From Octopus bimaculoides (lineage: Eukaryota), in the NCBI RefSeq assembly GCF_001194135.2, contig NC_068990.1, forward strand, positions 77,987,458-78,051,457: 64,000 nt of DNA. The letters run 5' to 3'. The notes beneath the pieces were generated by a model. That model saw nothing but the letters and a program-made list of their open reading frames with translations. It was not told the DNA's origin and made no database searches. The position numbers were made by a program, and so were the translations under genes. Below are positions 50,830-63,941 of the stretch, piece after piece (the first letter of the stretch is position 1; every line of letters begins with the position of its first letter).

Positions 50830-51798
50830 NNNNNNNNNNNNNNNNNNNNNNNNNNNNNNNNNNNNNNNNNNNNNNNNNNNNNNNNNNNNNNNNNNNNNNN
50901 NNNNNNNNNNNNNNNNNNNNNNNNNNNNNNNNNNNNNNNNNNNNNNNNNNNNNNNNNNNNNNNNNNNNNNNNNNNNNNNNNNNNNNNNNNNNNNNNNNNN
51001 NNNNNNNNNNNNNNNNNNNNNNNNNNNNNNNNNNNNNNNNNNNNNNNNNNNNNNNNNNNNNNNNNNNNNNNNNNNNNNNNNNNNNNNNNNNNNNNNNNNN
51101 NNNNNNNNNNNNNNNNNNNNNNNNNNNNNNNNNNNNNNNNNNNNNNNNNNNNNNNNNNNNNNNNNNNNNNNNNNNNNNNNNNNNNNNNNNNNNNNNNNNN
51201 NNNNNNNNNNNNNNNNNNNNNNNNNNNNNNNNNNNNNNNNNNNNNNNNNNNNNNNNNNNNNNNNNNNNNNNNNNNNNNNNNNNNNNNNNNNNNNNNNNNN
51301 NNNNNNNNNNNNNNNNNNNNNNNNNNNNNNNNNNNNNNNNNNNNNNNNNNNNNNNNNNNNNNNNNNNNNNNNNNNNNNNNNNNNNNNNNNNNNNNNNNNN
51401 NNNNNNNNNNNNNNNNNNNNNNNNNNNNNNNNNNNNNNNNNNNNNNNNNNNNNNNNNNNNNNNNNNNNNNNNNNNNNNNNNNNNNNNNNNNNNNNNNNNN
51501 NNNNNNNNNNNNNNNNNNNNNNNNNNNNNNNNNNNNNNNNNNNNNNNNNNNNNNNNNNNNNNNNNNNNNNNNNNNNNNNNNNNNNNNNNNNNNNNNNNNN
51601 NNNNNNNNNNNNNNNNNNNNNNNNNNNNNNNNNNNNNNNNNNNNNNNNNNNNNNNNNNNNNNNNNNNNNNNNNNNNNNNNNNNNNNNNNNNNNNNNNNNN
51701 NNNNNNNNNNNNNNNNNNNNNNNNNNNNNNNNNNNNNNNNNNNNNNNNNNNNNNNNNNNNNNNNNNNNNNNNNNNNNNNNNNNNNNNNNNNNNNNNNN
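50830..51798. other. Assembly gap (largest of 17 N-runs; others include 2259-3066, 4047-4292, 5711-6392, 30070-30472, 34177-34836, 35895-36155, 57958-58268)
   Basis: Runs of N, most bounded by (TA)n. Missing exons or element ends could lie inside them. Confidence 0.98.
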
Positions 51799-51931
51799 TT
51801 ATTCTTTGTAAGCCTAGTACTTATTCTATCGGTCTCTTTTGTCAAACCGCTAAGTTACGGGGACGTAAACACACCAGCATCGGTTGTCAAGCGATGTTGG
51901 GGGGACAAACACAGACACACGAACAACACAC

Positions 51932-51964
<33 letters not shown>

Positions 51965-52129
51965 CGACGGGCTTCTTTCAGTTTCCGTCTACCAAATCCA
52001 CTCACAAGGCTTTGGTCGGCCCGAGGCTATAGTAGAAGACACTTACCCAAGGTGCCACACAGCGGGACTGAACTCGGAACCATGTAGTTGGTAAGCAAGC
52101 TACTTACCACACAGCCACTCCTGCGCCTA
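51799..52129 (-). mobile_element. SINE family A (tRNA-like head, internal (TA)n/(CA)n), least-diverged copy in the window
   Basis: Head ggctgtgtggtaagtagcttgctt...ttccgagttcagtccc has A/B-box-like motifs. Many copies occur, e.g. 11560-11940(-), 19645-20020(+), 22850-23430(+), 29010-29170(-), 35390-35705(+), 36830-37250(-), 47225-47595(-). Confidence 0.88.
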
Positions 52130-53474
52130 TAGTGATATTATTATAAGACTGGCTCCCTTCATCAAGAGAAAATTAGCAAAAGCAGTTGATATTGTAGGGT
52201 GAGAGATTCAAAGGTTGAAGGGAGAGAGGAGGGGGAATAAGTGCAAAAAGTAGGGGTAGGAGGATATAAGCAGCGTATGAGGGAGGAACAGAAGAAATGC
52301 AAAGTAGGGAAAGGGAGGAGGATTTCTATAACGTAGAGAGAATAAACAGAGGTAGAATAGGTGAAACGGAGATATGCCACAGAATCTCCAAAACTAGAAA
52401 CCATGGATTTAGTATCAAAGTCTAATAAGATTATTTATGAATGCAATCATGCAATATCAGTATGTGTACTCACCATAAACCTTGAACTCATAAATATGTT
52501 CAACCTTACGTTATAACACATTTAGGGACACACACACAAACACACATAGATATATATAATATATACAACAGGCTTTCTTAAGTTTCTGGCTACCAAATCC
52601 ACTCACGAGGCTTTAATAGAAGACAATTACCCAAGGTCCTGTGCAATGGGGCTGAACCCAGAACCATGTGGTTGGGAAGCAAGCTAGCCAAGGGAACTTT
52701 TATGAAGTGATTCAAGAAAGCCGGAATTAGTAAGGGTTAAAGATCAACTCCTTGCATGGATTATTATGTGTTACTGATGAGAGCTTCATATTTTAATCTC
52801 TGCTTCTGATATGATAGAGAAATATTGTGGGAAGATTTTTACTGCAAGTCACATGAAGTTCATAGCAACATTGGTTCAGATTTTGAAGAAAATATATGAT
52901 TGATCCTTAAGATGCTATATTTTGGAGAAATCAATAAAACAGATATTTATATGATTTCATTTTTTTAATGTATTTTGATTCAATTTTCTTTTTTTGCATA
53001 ATTTAAATGTTTATATTTCTTCTTTTTTCAATTTTTACAATGAATGTGAGATTAAGAATAATATGTTAAACTTTAGAGTTCAAGGTTGTGTGTTAAATAT
53101 TTACTTTTACAGCCATTGTTTTATGTTTCCAAGTAAGAAACTTAACTCTATTTTGCTTCAGTCTGACTGACTGACAAACAGGTTCCCCACCAACATCAAA
53201 GCTGAGTGTTCAGTTACAGATAGTAACAGATAAATAACTCTAAAAATAATGGATTCAATAAAACCCAATCAAAAGTGGGTGTGAATTGTAGAAGAAAGGA
53301 CACATAATTCTTTTAAGATTAATATTTTGATTTTATTTAAACTCTAATGTACTCTATTTTTAAAGTAGATTAGACTAGAATTTTAAAAGATTTTCCTTTT
53401 GCTTTAAATTTTGAACTTTCAAATATCATTTACATTGCCTTTTACTTTGCTTGAACATTATGTCAACAGTACTT

Positions 53475-53900
53475 ACTTTGTATTTTAACTTGCTTTAAAA
53501 TGTATTTCAATATACTTTGTATTATATTTTAATTTGCTTTAAATTGTATTTTAAATAATTTCAAATTGCATTTTAATTTACTTTAAATTATATTTCAATG
53601 TATGTTAAATTGTGTTTTGATTTACTCAAAATTATATTTCATTGTTCTTTGAATTGTGTTTTCAGTTTCAGTTAACTTTTAATCGTCTTTCCATTTAGTT
53701 TAAATAAATTGCATTTTCATTTTTAATTTCATTTAAACTGCATTTTAATTTAATTTGAATTGTATTTGAATTGAATTTATTTTATATTTAAATTTGCTAA
53801 AGTTTTCAATCTAATTTCAAAGTGCATTTAATTTTAATTTTAATTTCAATTTTAATTATATTCCAATTCAGTTGAATTTATTATATTTTAATTTGCTAAT
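53475..53900. repeat. Extremely AT-rich degenerate 22-bp tandem repeat
   Basis: Seven consecutive exact 22-mers from 53497 (aaaatgtatttcaatatacttt, gtattatattttaatttgcttt, aaattgtattttaaataatttc, aaattgcattttaatttacttt...), decaying downstream. Confidence 0.8.
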
Positions 53901-54459
53901 TTGCTTCTGTCATTCAGTTTTGTCTCTTTGTTTCCATCTTATGCGATTATTGTCATCACATTGCAAGGCTGTCTCTCTTCAGTCACACTTTGTGAAACAT
54001 GGCCAACAGCAACAATGAGAATACATGTCGTTCCCATCATTCACATTGGGATCATTTACTTACAATAATGACATGGCAGGAATACTTCAAAATATATCTG
54101 TGATGTATGCTCAACTATGATAGTCATTCTGAGTAGGACTTTAAACTGAATCCAGTAGTGGAACCCTGGCTTGGGAGTTCCAGAGTTTTGAGAAGTGTGG
54201 AACCAGCCCTTAACCAGTCTTGTTTCAAGATCTGCTCTAACCTGAAGTAGTAAATTCTGCCAGGGTCCCAACTATGGGCTAATTTGCATATTATGGCTTA
54301 TCTACCTATGCATGTGAAAAGCAAATCTGGCAAACACTGTGGAAGAAACTTGCATGGTTCAATGGAAGGGAAGGTAGCTGCAGCAATGCATTGAGGAGTA
54401 TTGAGAGCAAGATGAGACAAGTAAGGCATTTTGGTCTCATCTCCTGCATCAGTGTGGAG

Positions 54460-54700
54460 GTACTTGGCTTAGTGGTTAGGGTGTTGGACTCATGATCATA
54501 AGATTGTGGTTTCAGTTCCTGGACTGGGCAACGTGTTGTGTTCTTGAACAAAACACTTCATTTCACATTGCTCCAGTCCACTCAGCTGGCAAAAATGAGT
54601 AATCCTGCGATGAATTGGTGTTCCATCCAGGTGGAGAATTCCTACACCATGAAACTGGGCAACTGGCCCTTATGAGCTGGCATGATTCAAGAATTTAACT
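54460..54700 (+). mobile_element. SINE family D (tRNA-derived head ggcttagtggttagggtgttggactc), related to family C
   Basis: Copies at 20525-21050(+, MITE-interrupted), 42725-43050(+), 56200-56552(-) and 57550-57795(-). Confidence 0.75.
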
Positions 54701-55124
54701 TTTACCTGCATCTGTTTCTGCCCCAGTCATCTTGACCTAGTCTTTACTACTGGATTGAAGATGGTCACGGATAAGAGAGTGAGATCACTGCTGTGCAACT
54801 CTTCTTCATTATAAAGTTACTTTGCAAGTTATCAGTCCTTATCGCTCCAACAGACCAACATGGACTATAATGGCTCAGAACTATCAGAGGCAAGACTGAG
54901 ACTTAATGTACTCACTACTCAGTGGTGTCACTGTTTGCAGTAAGAACAGCTGTACTTGTACATGATATCATTTTACAGCATGGTGGACTAGAACAGTATA
55001 AGTCTTAGCTATTGACACAGTTCAGTGCCAGTGACAGGACACAAGCCATTGAACATTCAGCCAGAGCTCAATGCTCTACTGACTTGGTCAGCTATAAGTC
55101 TAACCACACAGCTCTTTCTTTCAA

Positions 55125-55237
<113 letters not shown>

Positions 55238-58200
55238 ATTCTTCATTCTCTCTCCTTGTTACTTTTCTCACTCTCAAAAATATAGATAAGGTAAGCTTAA
55301 GGCTGCCTGTGTCTTTGAGGAAAATACTGTAATTCATTGGTATCGGCCTTCTTGATGTTATCATAGACGTTTGTTCGTTGATGGATGATACTTGAGTATT
55401 GAACAAAAAGGCCTTTCAGCAGAATCTAGTTTTGACCCATTGCATTAAGCTCAAATATCTCCAAGTTTGCCTTTGATCTTTCTGGAAGTCAATGAAAATA
55501 AAGCACAGGGGTGAATTTATATTTTTATAAAGCACCCTGGATATGCATAAAATTATAACAGAAAACTATTATAAAAGTCTCTTATATAATAGTCTAAATC
55601 TTTGATATAAAAGATTAAGTTAGCTAAGGATTGTTGAAAGAAACATGAAATATGACCACATTATGATACAAATGTACGTTTCACCAATGAATAACACAGT
55701 TTCTTTTTTTCAAGAAACACGATGCAGTAACTGCAACAAGGCTCAGTGTCTGCTTTATTTCATCAAGATAATCTTCTTTATCAAAAATGAGTAACCCTGT
55801 GACGGACTGGTGTCCTGTCCAGGTGGGGAATTCATACAATATGAATCCAGGAAACTGGCCTTTATAAGTCAGTATGACTCAATAAGGTAAACTTTACCTT
55901 ACTTTACCTGCATTATCACCCACTCTGTACCACAATAAAAAAAAAATAGGTAGATCTGATCAGCAACAATAATAATCTCTTGAGTCATGGTCCTTTACTA
56001 ATTAGATGAAAGACTAACTAGATTAAAGAGATCCAATTCAATGACAACATCATGACACAATTTATCTCTCGATAAATGAAGACACAGTTGTCTTACTCAG
56101 AGAGTAACAGGATGGAGGTATTCCTCACAACTCCTACTGACCACCACCACTCAAAGTTGCACTGATAATAAATGTAGCTAAGTCTTTGGGTCTGCTACAC
56201 TAAATCCAGCAATAAACCAACCAACCGTAGCCATCATTTGCAATTGAGTTTCAGCTGGTAGCATGTATCATACTTTCACTAAATGATTTAGGTGTTTATG
56301 TAGTTGCAAGCAAGCATAGACACCTCTTATCCCTCCCAGCTTGGACCCAACATAACATCAAGGATGTGACAGATGGAACGATAGAGGGATTGAGAATTCT
56401 ACCAGTAGTCAGGTGGTACTCAATTTCAGCTGAAGATATTAAAGTAATGTGAAATAAAGTACCTTGCTCAAGGACAAACAGTGCTGCCTGGTTCAGAAAT
56501 TGAACCTATGGCCATAAGATCGTGAGTCCAAAACAGCAACAACTAGGCCATGCATTGTCACTGTAAACTATGTATAAATAATGATAATCAATGTCAGTTC
56601 TTTGTGTCTGAGGATCATGAAGAAGAGCAGCCACCTACAAATTTGAAGCTGCAACTGCCAGTACCATCCAGTACCTATGATTTTCATTACTTCCACATTG
56701 CTGCATGGATTTTCTTTGTCTGCAATGAGCAGTTTTAAAGTGAGAGTCAGTCTGTGTGACCCAATCCTGTTCTTCAGGCTTGGAGGTCTGAGCACAGTGG
56801 ATCAGAACGCTAAGACAGCTGACAGTTGTGGTGACCAGAAAGTTGTAGGTTTTACACTGGAGTGGCATTCTCTCAGGTGAATTACCCTACAGGGCTGGAA
56901 CGCTTCACCCTACCCTGATAACTATAAATGAGGAAATTGTCAGAACTGATGAAATGGGAGGAAGAATAGTCTCCACTATTGTATATCACATGGTCTTTCA
57001 ACTTACTTGAAATGAGGTCTACATACTCAGTGACCTCACTAGTGCTGGTTACATGTGAAAACACCCACTACATTTTATGAAGTGGTTGGCAAAGGGAAGG
57101 GTACCAAGCTGTGGAAACCATGCCAAAAGAAAAATAAAAGGAAAAATGAAACATATGAATGGAACGTGGTCCCTTACTCATGGAATAGGGCATTGATACT
57201 GAATAAGGACTCATACATGAAATAGCAACCTAAATCCATCAAATTACACTTTACTGTCCTTAAAAAAGGAAGGTTACATTACAAAATGTAGTTCTAGGTG
57301 TGGATGAGATAGCTGCAGCTGATTCAGTAAAATTTCATTCATAAGTCTACTTCATCAGGGTTGAACTGGAAGTTAAACCACAACAACAAGCATGACCACA
57401 ACAACAATGGAGTCAAGCCAATGAATAGACATCTACATGCAGATATTTGACCAGTAAGAATTAGCAACTATTTCTTCCTCAAAGTATACCCTACTACCTA
57501 AGTAAAGGATAGGGCAGACTGGATACAGTATATCTGTTTATCACGTCACGTGACTGACCAGGCTATCAGATATTGTTACACATCACTGGTCACAATACCC
57601 TTTTGCATTGTTTTAGCCTTCAAATGATGCCACCCCACTGGGTAGGTGAGCAGGCCAACAATCTCCCCTGGATGAAGATTGATGACTGGAGCAATGAGAA
57701 ATGAAGTGTTTTACTCAAGAACAAAACATGCCATCTAGTCAGGGAATTGAACCCACAACCTACTGATTGTGAGTGCAACAGCCTAACCACTTGGCTATGC
57801 ACCCATCTGTTTATAGGGGAAATAATTAAGATGGTTACAGCTGTAAGATCTTTGAGCTCGCATCAGCTTTGTCAAGGCTAGCTTAAGGCTAAACAACAAG
57901 AACAACAACAATCAGAGTAATGTACAAAGATGAAAGATGCAAAGAGATGCCTCCTTCNNNNNNNNNNNNNNNNNNNNNNNNNNNNNNNNNNNNNNNNNNN
58001 NNNNNNNNNNNNNNNNNNNNNNNNNNNNNNNNNNNNNNNNNNNNNNNNNNNNNNNNNNNNNNNNNNNNNNNNNNNNNNNNNNNNNNNNNNNNNNNNNNNN
58101 NNNNNNNNNNNNNNNNNNNNNNNNNNNNNNNNNNNNNNNNNNNNNNNNNNNNNNNNNNNNNNNNNNNNNNNNNNNNNNNNNNNNNNNNNNNNNNNNNNNN

Positions 58201-59264
58201 NNNNNNNNNNNNNNNNNNNNNNNNNNNNNNNNNNNNNNNNNNNNNNNNNNNNNNNNNNNNNNNNNNNATATATATATATATATATATATATACACTCACA
58301 CACACAAACATACACACCCATACACTAACACTCACATATACACATGCACGCACGCACACACACACACACACACATATTGACAGATATGTGATAAGCTTTT
58401 TTTTTTTTTTTTTTATGCCTATTTCAAAACCCTTTTGCTCCTGCTAAATGCGCCTCTGCTGCCATAATACGCCAAGCTGAAAACCAACTGTTTCATGTCC
58501 TTTGTTTACAGAGTAGTGTTCAAACCCCTAGCTTTCTCCTGAGATGATCAGTAAGTCTCTTTACATTTAAACGTTTGTAGCAAATACACCCAACCTCTTC
58601 CAACTGCCGCAGTGTGTGCGTTTGTAGATGTCATGTTTCTCCTCTCTCACCTTCTTCTTCTTATTCTTCTTCTCCGTCTTCTTCTTCTTCTTCTTCATCT
58701 TCTTCTTCTTTTTCTCCTTCGTTTTTTTTTTTTTTTTTGCTCTTCCTCCTTTTCCTCTTTCTTCTTCATCATCTTCTTACTTTTTTTCTTCGACTTTTAA
58801 CTTTCTAACCACTGGCTTTCTCACTTTTGCTTTCCGTGTGTCCATATCAATTTGTATATTATATATTTACACACATACACACACATATAAATATGCTTGG
58901 TCACAGTCTAATGATTGAAACAAATAAAAGAAAGACATATATATATGTATATNNNNNNNNNNNNNNNNNNNNNNNNNNNNNNNNNNNNNNNNNNNNNNNN
59001 NNNNNNNNNNNNNNNNNNNNNNNNNNNNNNNNNNNNNNNNNNNNNNNNNNNNNNNNNNNNNNNNNNNNNNNNNNNNNNNNNNNNNNNNNNNNNNNNNNNN
59101 NNNNNNNNNNNNNNNNNNNNNNNNNNNNNNNNNNNNNNNNNNNNNNNNNNNNNNNNNNNNNNNNNNNNNNTATATATATGTAGACACACACACATGTAAA
59201 ATAAAACTAATAAATGTGTGCATGAATATGTATGTATATATATATATATATATATACACTTTTT

Positions 59265-59460
59265 ATTGAAGCTGTAAAATTACCACTTTACTCAGAGTTT
59301 CACATTCCCGTTCATCGAACGCAAGTGTCCAATGAACAGGAATGAGAAACTCCGAGTAACAGTTCTGAGATAATTTTGCAGCTTTAATAAAATTATATTA
59401 CTCTACCTTTGGTATTTGAGTGCTGTTTTTTCCCACCTTGTTTTGCATTTATGTGTTCAC
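59265..59460. repeat. Head-to-head inverted pair of pLTR-like units with decayed HHR-like motifs; same family as 35760-35894
   Basis: Arms ttactcagagtttcacattcccgttcatcgaac / gtccaatgaacaggaatgagaaactccgagtaa and outer arms tttattgaagctgtaaaatta / taattttgcagctttaataaa. The downstream part aligns in reverse with 35760-35894. Confidence 0.75.
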
Positions 59461-59554
59461 CTGTGTGTGTGTGTGTGTGTGTATATATACACACACACAC
59501 ACACACAGATATCGAATATAATATATATATATATATATATATATNNNNNNNNNN

Positions 59555-59585
<31 letters not shown>

Positions 59586-59605
59586 AGAATATATATATAT
59601 TTTAA

Positions 59606-59674
<69 letters not shown>

Positions 59675-59805
59675 TTACACATAAATGAATATATATCAAC
59701 GTTAATTTTTATGCATATATGTGTATATATAGAGAGAGAAATAGGTGTAGACACATATATGTACACGCAAGATGTACACACATGCACGCATGCACATGCA
59801 CGCAT

Positions 59806-59883
<78 letters not shown>

Positions 59884-61289
59884 TCATGCACATATATGTA
59901 TGTGTGTGTGTGTTTGTCTGTGCATGTGTGTGTATTGGAAATGTCATTATTGCATCTGCAAATACACTCACCGATTTTGCTTTTTGCTGATGTTTTTAAG
60001 TTATATTTTGCTTTTCCCAGAATATTTTCTCTACACTATTCCTGTAGCCTTCTCAATAGGTTTAGATTTTTAAATTATTTAGATTTACTAACTGATTTTC
60101 CTCTTGTGTTATGTAGTTATATTTTATATCTATGGCAAACCTGCGAGACGATGACTTAGGTATTATTTTGGTTGTGTAATTATATATTTTTTTGTACTTC
60201 ACTATTTTTTATTGCGGCCAACATATGAATACACGCACACACAATTGTGTGTGCGTGTGTGTGTGTGCAAGTGATGTGTGTGTTGTGGCAGACTTTAGTT
60301 AGTTTTAGTCTTATTAAATCCATATTTTTGTGCTTCTGAGTTGATGGATTGTGGTGAAAGGAACATTGTTGAATCATTTATTCTTTCTGTTGAGTAAATA
60401 TTGACGAGTGTCAGTAACTGCTTCCTGTATTTATGGAGCTTCTGTAATTTATCTCAATGTTGGTTCTTTTGGATTTATTGAAAGAATTTTTACTTCAACA
60501 TTTTTTTTATTGATTAACTGAGTTTTTTGTACAGTAAGTTTTTGTTGAGTAAGGATATTTGCATCTTTTCATGCAGCGTTGGTATTCTGCATTCTTTTCA
60601 CATATACTGCAGACCATTTCTCCTATATATATTACCTTTCCATGCAGCTCAAATGGTAAACTACATTTGTAGTTTTGCAGTTTACTTGTGGGTTGATGGT
60701 GCATGCTGTACAGTTATATGTCCAGAAAATTCACCATATAGGAAAATCTGTCATAAGACAAATTTACCATATAGACAATTATATCAGCATCTTTTAAAAT
60801 ATAAAAAAAAAGAACGATGAAAGGTCTTATAAAAGCATCAAATATGCAAGTCTTTACTCACTGTCAAATATTTAAAAAATTGTGAGGAGGTCACTTAACA
60901 TGAAATTCCTTATGATGAATTTTCCTACGGCAAAAATGGTTAAGACAAAATTTCCTATAACCATGCAGTTGCTATCAATGTGGGATTCGATACTTGAATG
61001 ACTATGACTCTTATAGTAGTGACTTAATAGAATTACCTGGTTTGGTTTTAAGCTTTGTTTCATGTAGGGCGTTCTTAAAGAAAAACGAATTAGCGTATCT
61101 TAAATCATTTGAAAATCTAAATCCATTGAAGAAGTGACAGGAATAATGTGACGGAAAACTTCTGGGAAAGAAATAAATATCATACATAAGCAAGAAACAA
61201 CAACGGGTGAGTGTTTAGAGGCTTTGATAACATGACTCTTCCACAACAAGTGCACACACATACATGTGTGTGGTGTGTGTGTGTGTGTT

Positions 61290-61372
<83 letters not shown>

Positions 61373-61866
61373 AATAGCAGGCTGACTCAACTCAACATTA
61401 CTTAAAGTTTCATGGGTGCAGAATGCAAACTGATGCATAACCTGTCACTACCAAACCATTTACTGCACCACATAGTGCATCAATAGCTGTCATCACTGAA
61501 CTGTCAAATCAGACAGACCTCCAGCTACCTGACACCTCTATACCATATACTTTTACTCTGCCATGTGAAGCATATAATGCAATCAACTGTTGTTGCTCTC
61601 TCATATGAAAGTATCCATGTGATCCATACTGACCAATGGAGACCAAAATATTCTCACCCAGAAGGTGTTTTTTTTTTTTAGAATTTCTTTTAAATTCTCT
61701 TTATTCTAACTCTGTACACCTGAGAATGTAGAAGTGTTCTCAGGTGTACAGTGTTGGAAACCATAAGTAATGTAGAGCAGAGTCAATCTATTATTGAATA
61801 CTTACAATTCCAACTAGATGTATTGAGTGCTATTTTCTTATGTTTGTTCACCTACTCCATACATAG

Positions 61867-61923
<57 letters not shown>

Positions 61924-61941
61924 TGCATATATATTCATGCA

Positions 61942-61973
<32 letters not shown>

Positions 61974-62234
61974 TATATNNNNNNNNNNATCATCATGAAT
62001 TACCTGGTTTGGTTTTAAGCTTTGTTTCATGTAGGGCGTTCTTAAAGAAAAACGAATTAGCGTATCTTAAATCATTTGAAAATCTAAATCCATTGAAGAA
62101 GTGACAGGAACATGATGATGATGATGATGATATTCACACCCATATATACATATGTATTATGCATATGATGTTCATATCTATATCAGTCTGTTTGTATGTG
62201 TGTATATATTTCTATGTTACTATGATCTATATCA

Positions 62235-62287
<53 letters not shown>

Positions 62288-62756
62288 ACTGTCTATCTAT
62301 CTATCTATCTATCTATTTGTTTATCTACCTGCTGTCTAGCTCTGTCTCTCTAATAACCTCTCTTCCCCTTTATCACACCCCCTCACATAGAGTTCACCTA
62401 AGAAGTATGATATGCTGTAGTAATACTAGTATCAGTAGTACTAGTAGTAGTATTAGTAGAATTAGTTTCCCCAACCACCACTGTCACATTGTGAATAAAA
62501 GTATGTTTTGGTGATCAATAAGTTGAAAAACACCATTTTTGCTATTTACTTATCCGTACGAAACCACACCACGTTGTACTACCCCTTGTTACATCATGCA
62601 GTGCCACACCCATACTACCTCACACTGCATGGAACAATGATGAAACCTGTACTCATTTTTGACATGCTAGAAATAGCAGCTAAATTTATTTCAAGTCACA
62701 TCGCACTATCTTAGTACTTTGGAGAAAGCAATCCTTCATATTTCTTCCTTCTAAAG

Positions 62757-63031
62757 TAGTGGTTCTCATACAGGGTCCATATGACCTTTGGAGTGTGGTG
62801 GGAGGTCCATTTAGCCTTTGGAAGTCTGTTTAAGATTTTGTTGTTAAAATTAATGTGCAATAAATTGGTTATACTTCGACAATATGCAAAATATTTTAAC
62901 TAATTTTTTTAATACAATTCCTAATGATACTTAATTCTAAAAATATAAGATTTCCTAATGGCTAGGAGGATCTGCCCAAGTAAAATAAGAACCTAAGGGA
63001 TCCATAGGCAAAAAATGGTCGAGAACCACTC
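62757..63031. mobile_element. hAT-type MITE whose right end is tandemly duplicated downstream (62998-63071 vs about 63106-63180)
   Basis: Termini tagtggttctca / cgagaaccactc; TSD ttctaaag / ctctaaag. A second gagaaccactgctctatag occurs at about 63130. Confidence 0.7.
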
Positions 63032-63941
63032 CTCTAAAGAAAGATAGGAGGGTCACATGTGGAATGCCTATGATCAGGGTCATATTTGGAATGCTTATGA
63101 TCAAAGAGATCCATAGACAAAAATTCGTTGAGAACCACTGCTCTATAGAAAGACAGGATGGTCACATGTGGAATGCTTATAACCATAAGCCTATGATCAT
63201 CCATTAGAATTGACCTGATGCTAAATAACAACATCAATGACAACACCAAGCTGCATACAAAAGCAATAAGGAAGCCTTTGCACTAATCAAGACAGACTGT
63301 AACCTGTGGAACTTCCTGAATGGTATGCCTAATGAAAACTTATCTTGAATATTTTTTAGTGGTGGAGCCCACCTGGTGCTGAGTCATCTCTCATGTGGCC
63401 TGCGGTTCAAAAATGGTTACCTATACCTGCTTTACAGAGACGCCCAATATGCTAGAAATAGCAACCAAATACTGCTCAAATTATAGCCTACTGTCTTAGA
63501 TGAAAAAAAAGTATTTTTGATATGGTCGTGTGAAGACATTCCTATGAAAAATACAGGATGGTCATGGCCAGGAATTACTTTGATGACAAATCTGTCTGAT
63601 CAGGCTTATGAAGAAATGCAATGACCCTACACAACACAAACTAATAAGGGAGAGCCTCTATGTGGTTGCTGAACCTGCTAGAAATAGCAACCAATCTTTC
63701 TTTAGTCACATTGTAAAGTGAAAACATGAAATAATGTAGACCAGAGTACACAAATTCTATAAAAAAAAAGAAAAGAAAATGGGATGGTCACAGTTGGAAT
63801 ACTGCTGTTTATATGTCTGCTTGATCAGTGATTCTTGAGACTAAACAGTAACAACACTTCAACATACCATATTACAAAACTGAACTTTTTTTATCACTAC
63901 CTTTGTACTATTTTACTCTGTGTGTGGATATGTGTGTGTGC

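Noticed and set aside
52150-52410. Purine-rich block, possibly a LINE 3' remnant (similarly 40400-40760)
   Set aside because: No diagnostic motif could be read with confidence.
53162-53240. Candidate terminal exon (SSPPTSKLSVQLQIVTDK* from 53182)
   Set aside because: That AG has no adjacent pyrimidine tract, the better AG at 53160-53161 gives an immediate stop, and there is no homology support.
57330-57365. Minus-strand CUGAUGA...GAAA spacing resembling a hammerhead
   Set aside because: Stems I and II do not pair, and it lies inside the tail of an unrelated SINE-like repeat (see 63400-63640).
60507-60704. Cys-rich minus-strand ORF (CSICEKNAEYQRCMKRC) resembling a zinc finger
   Set aside because: The Cys spacing does not fit a defined family, there are no splice signals, and neighbouring frames are full of stops.
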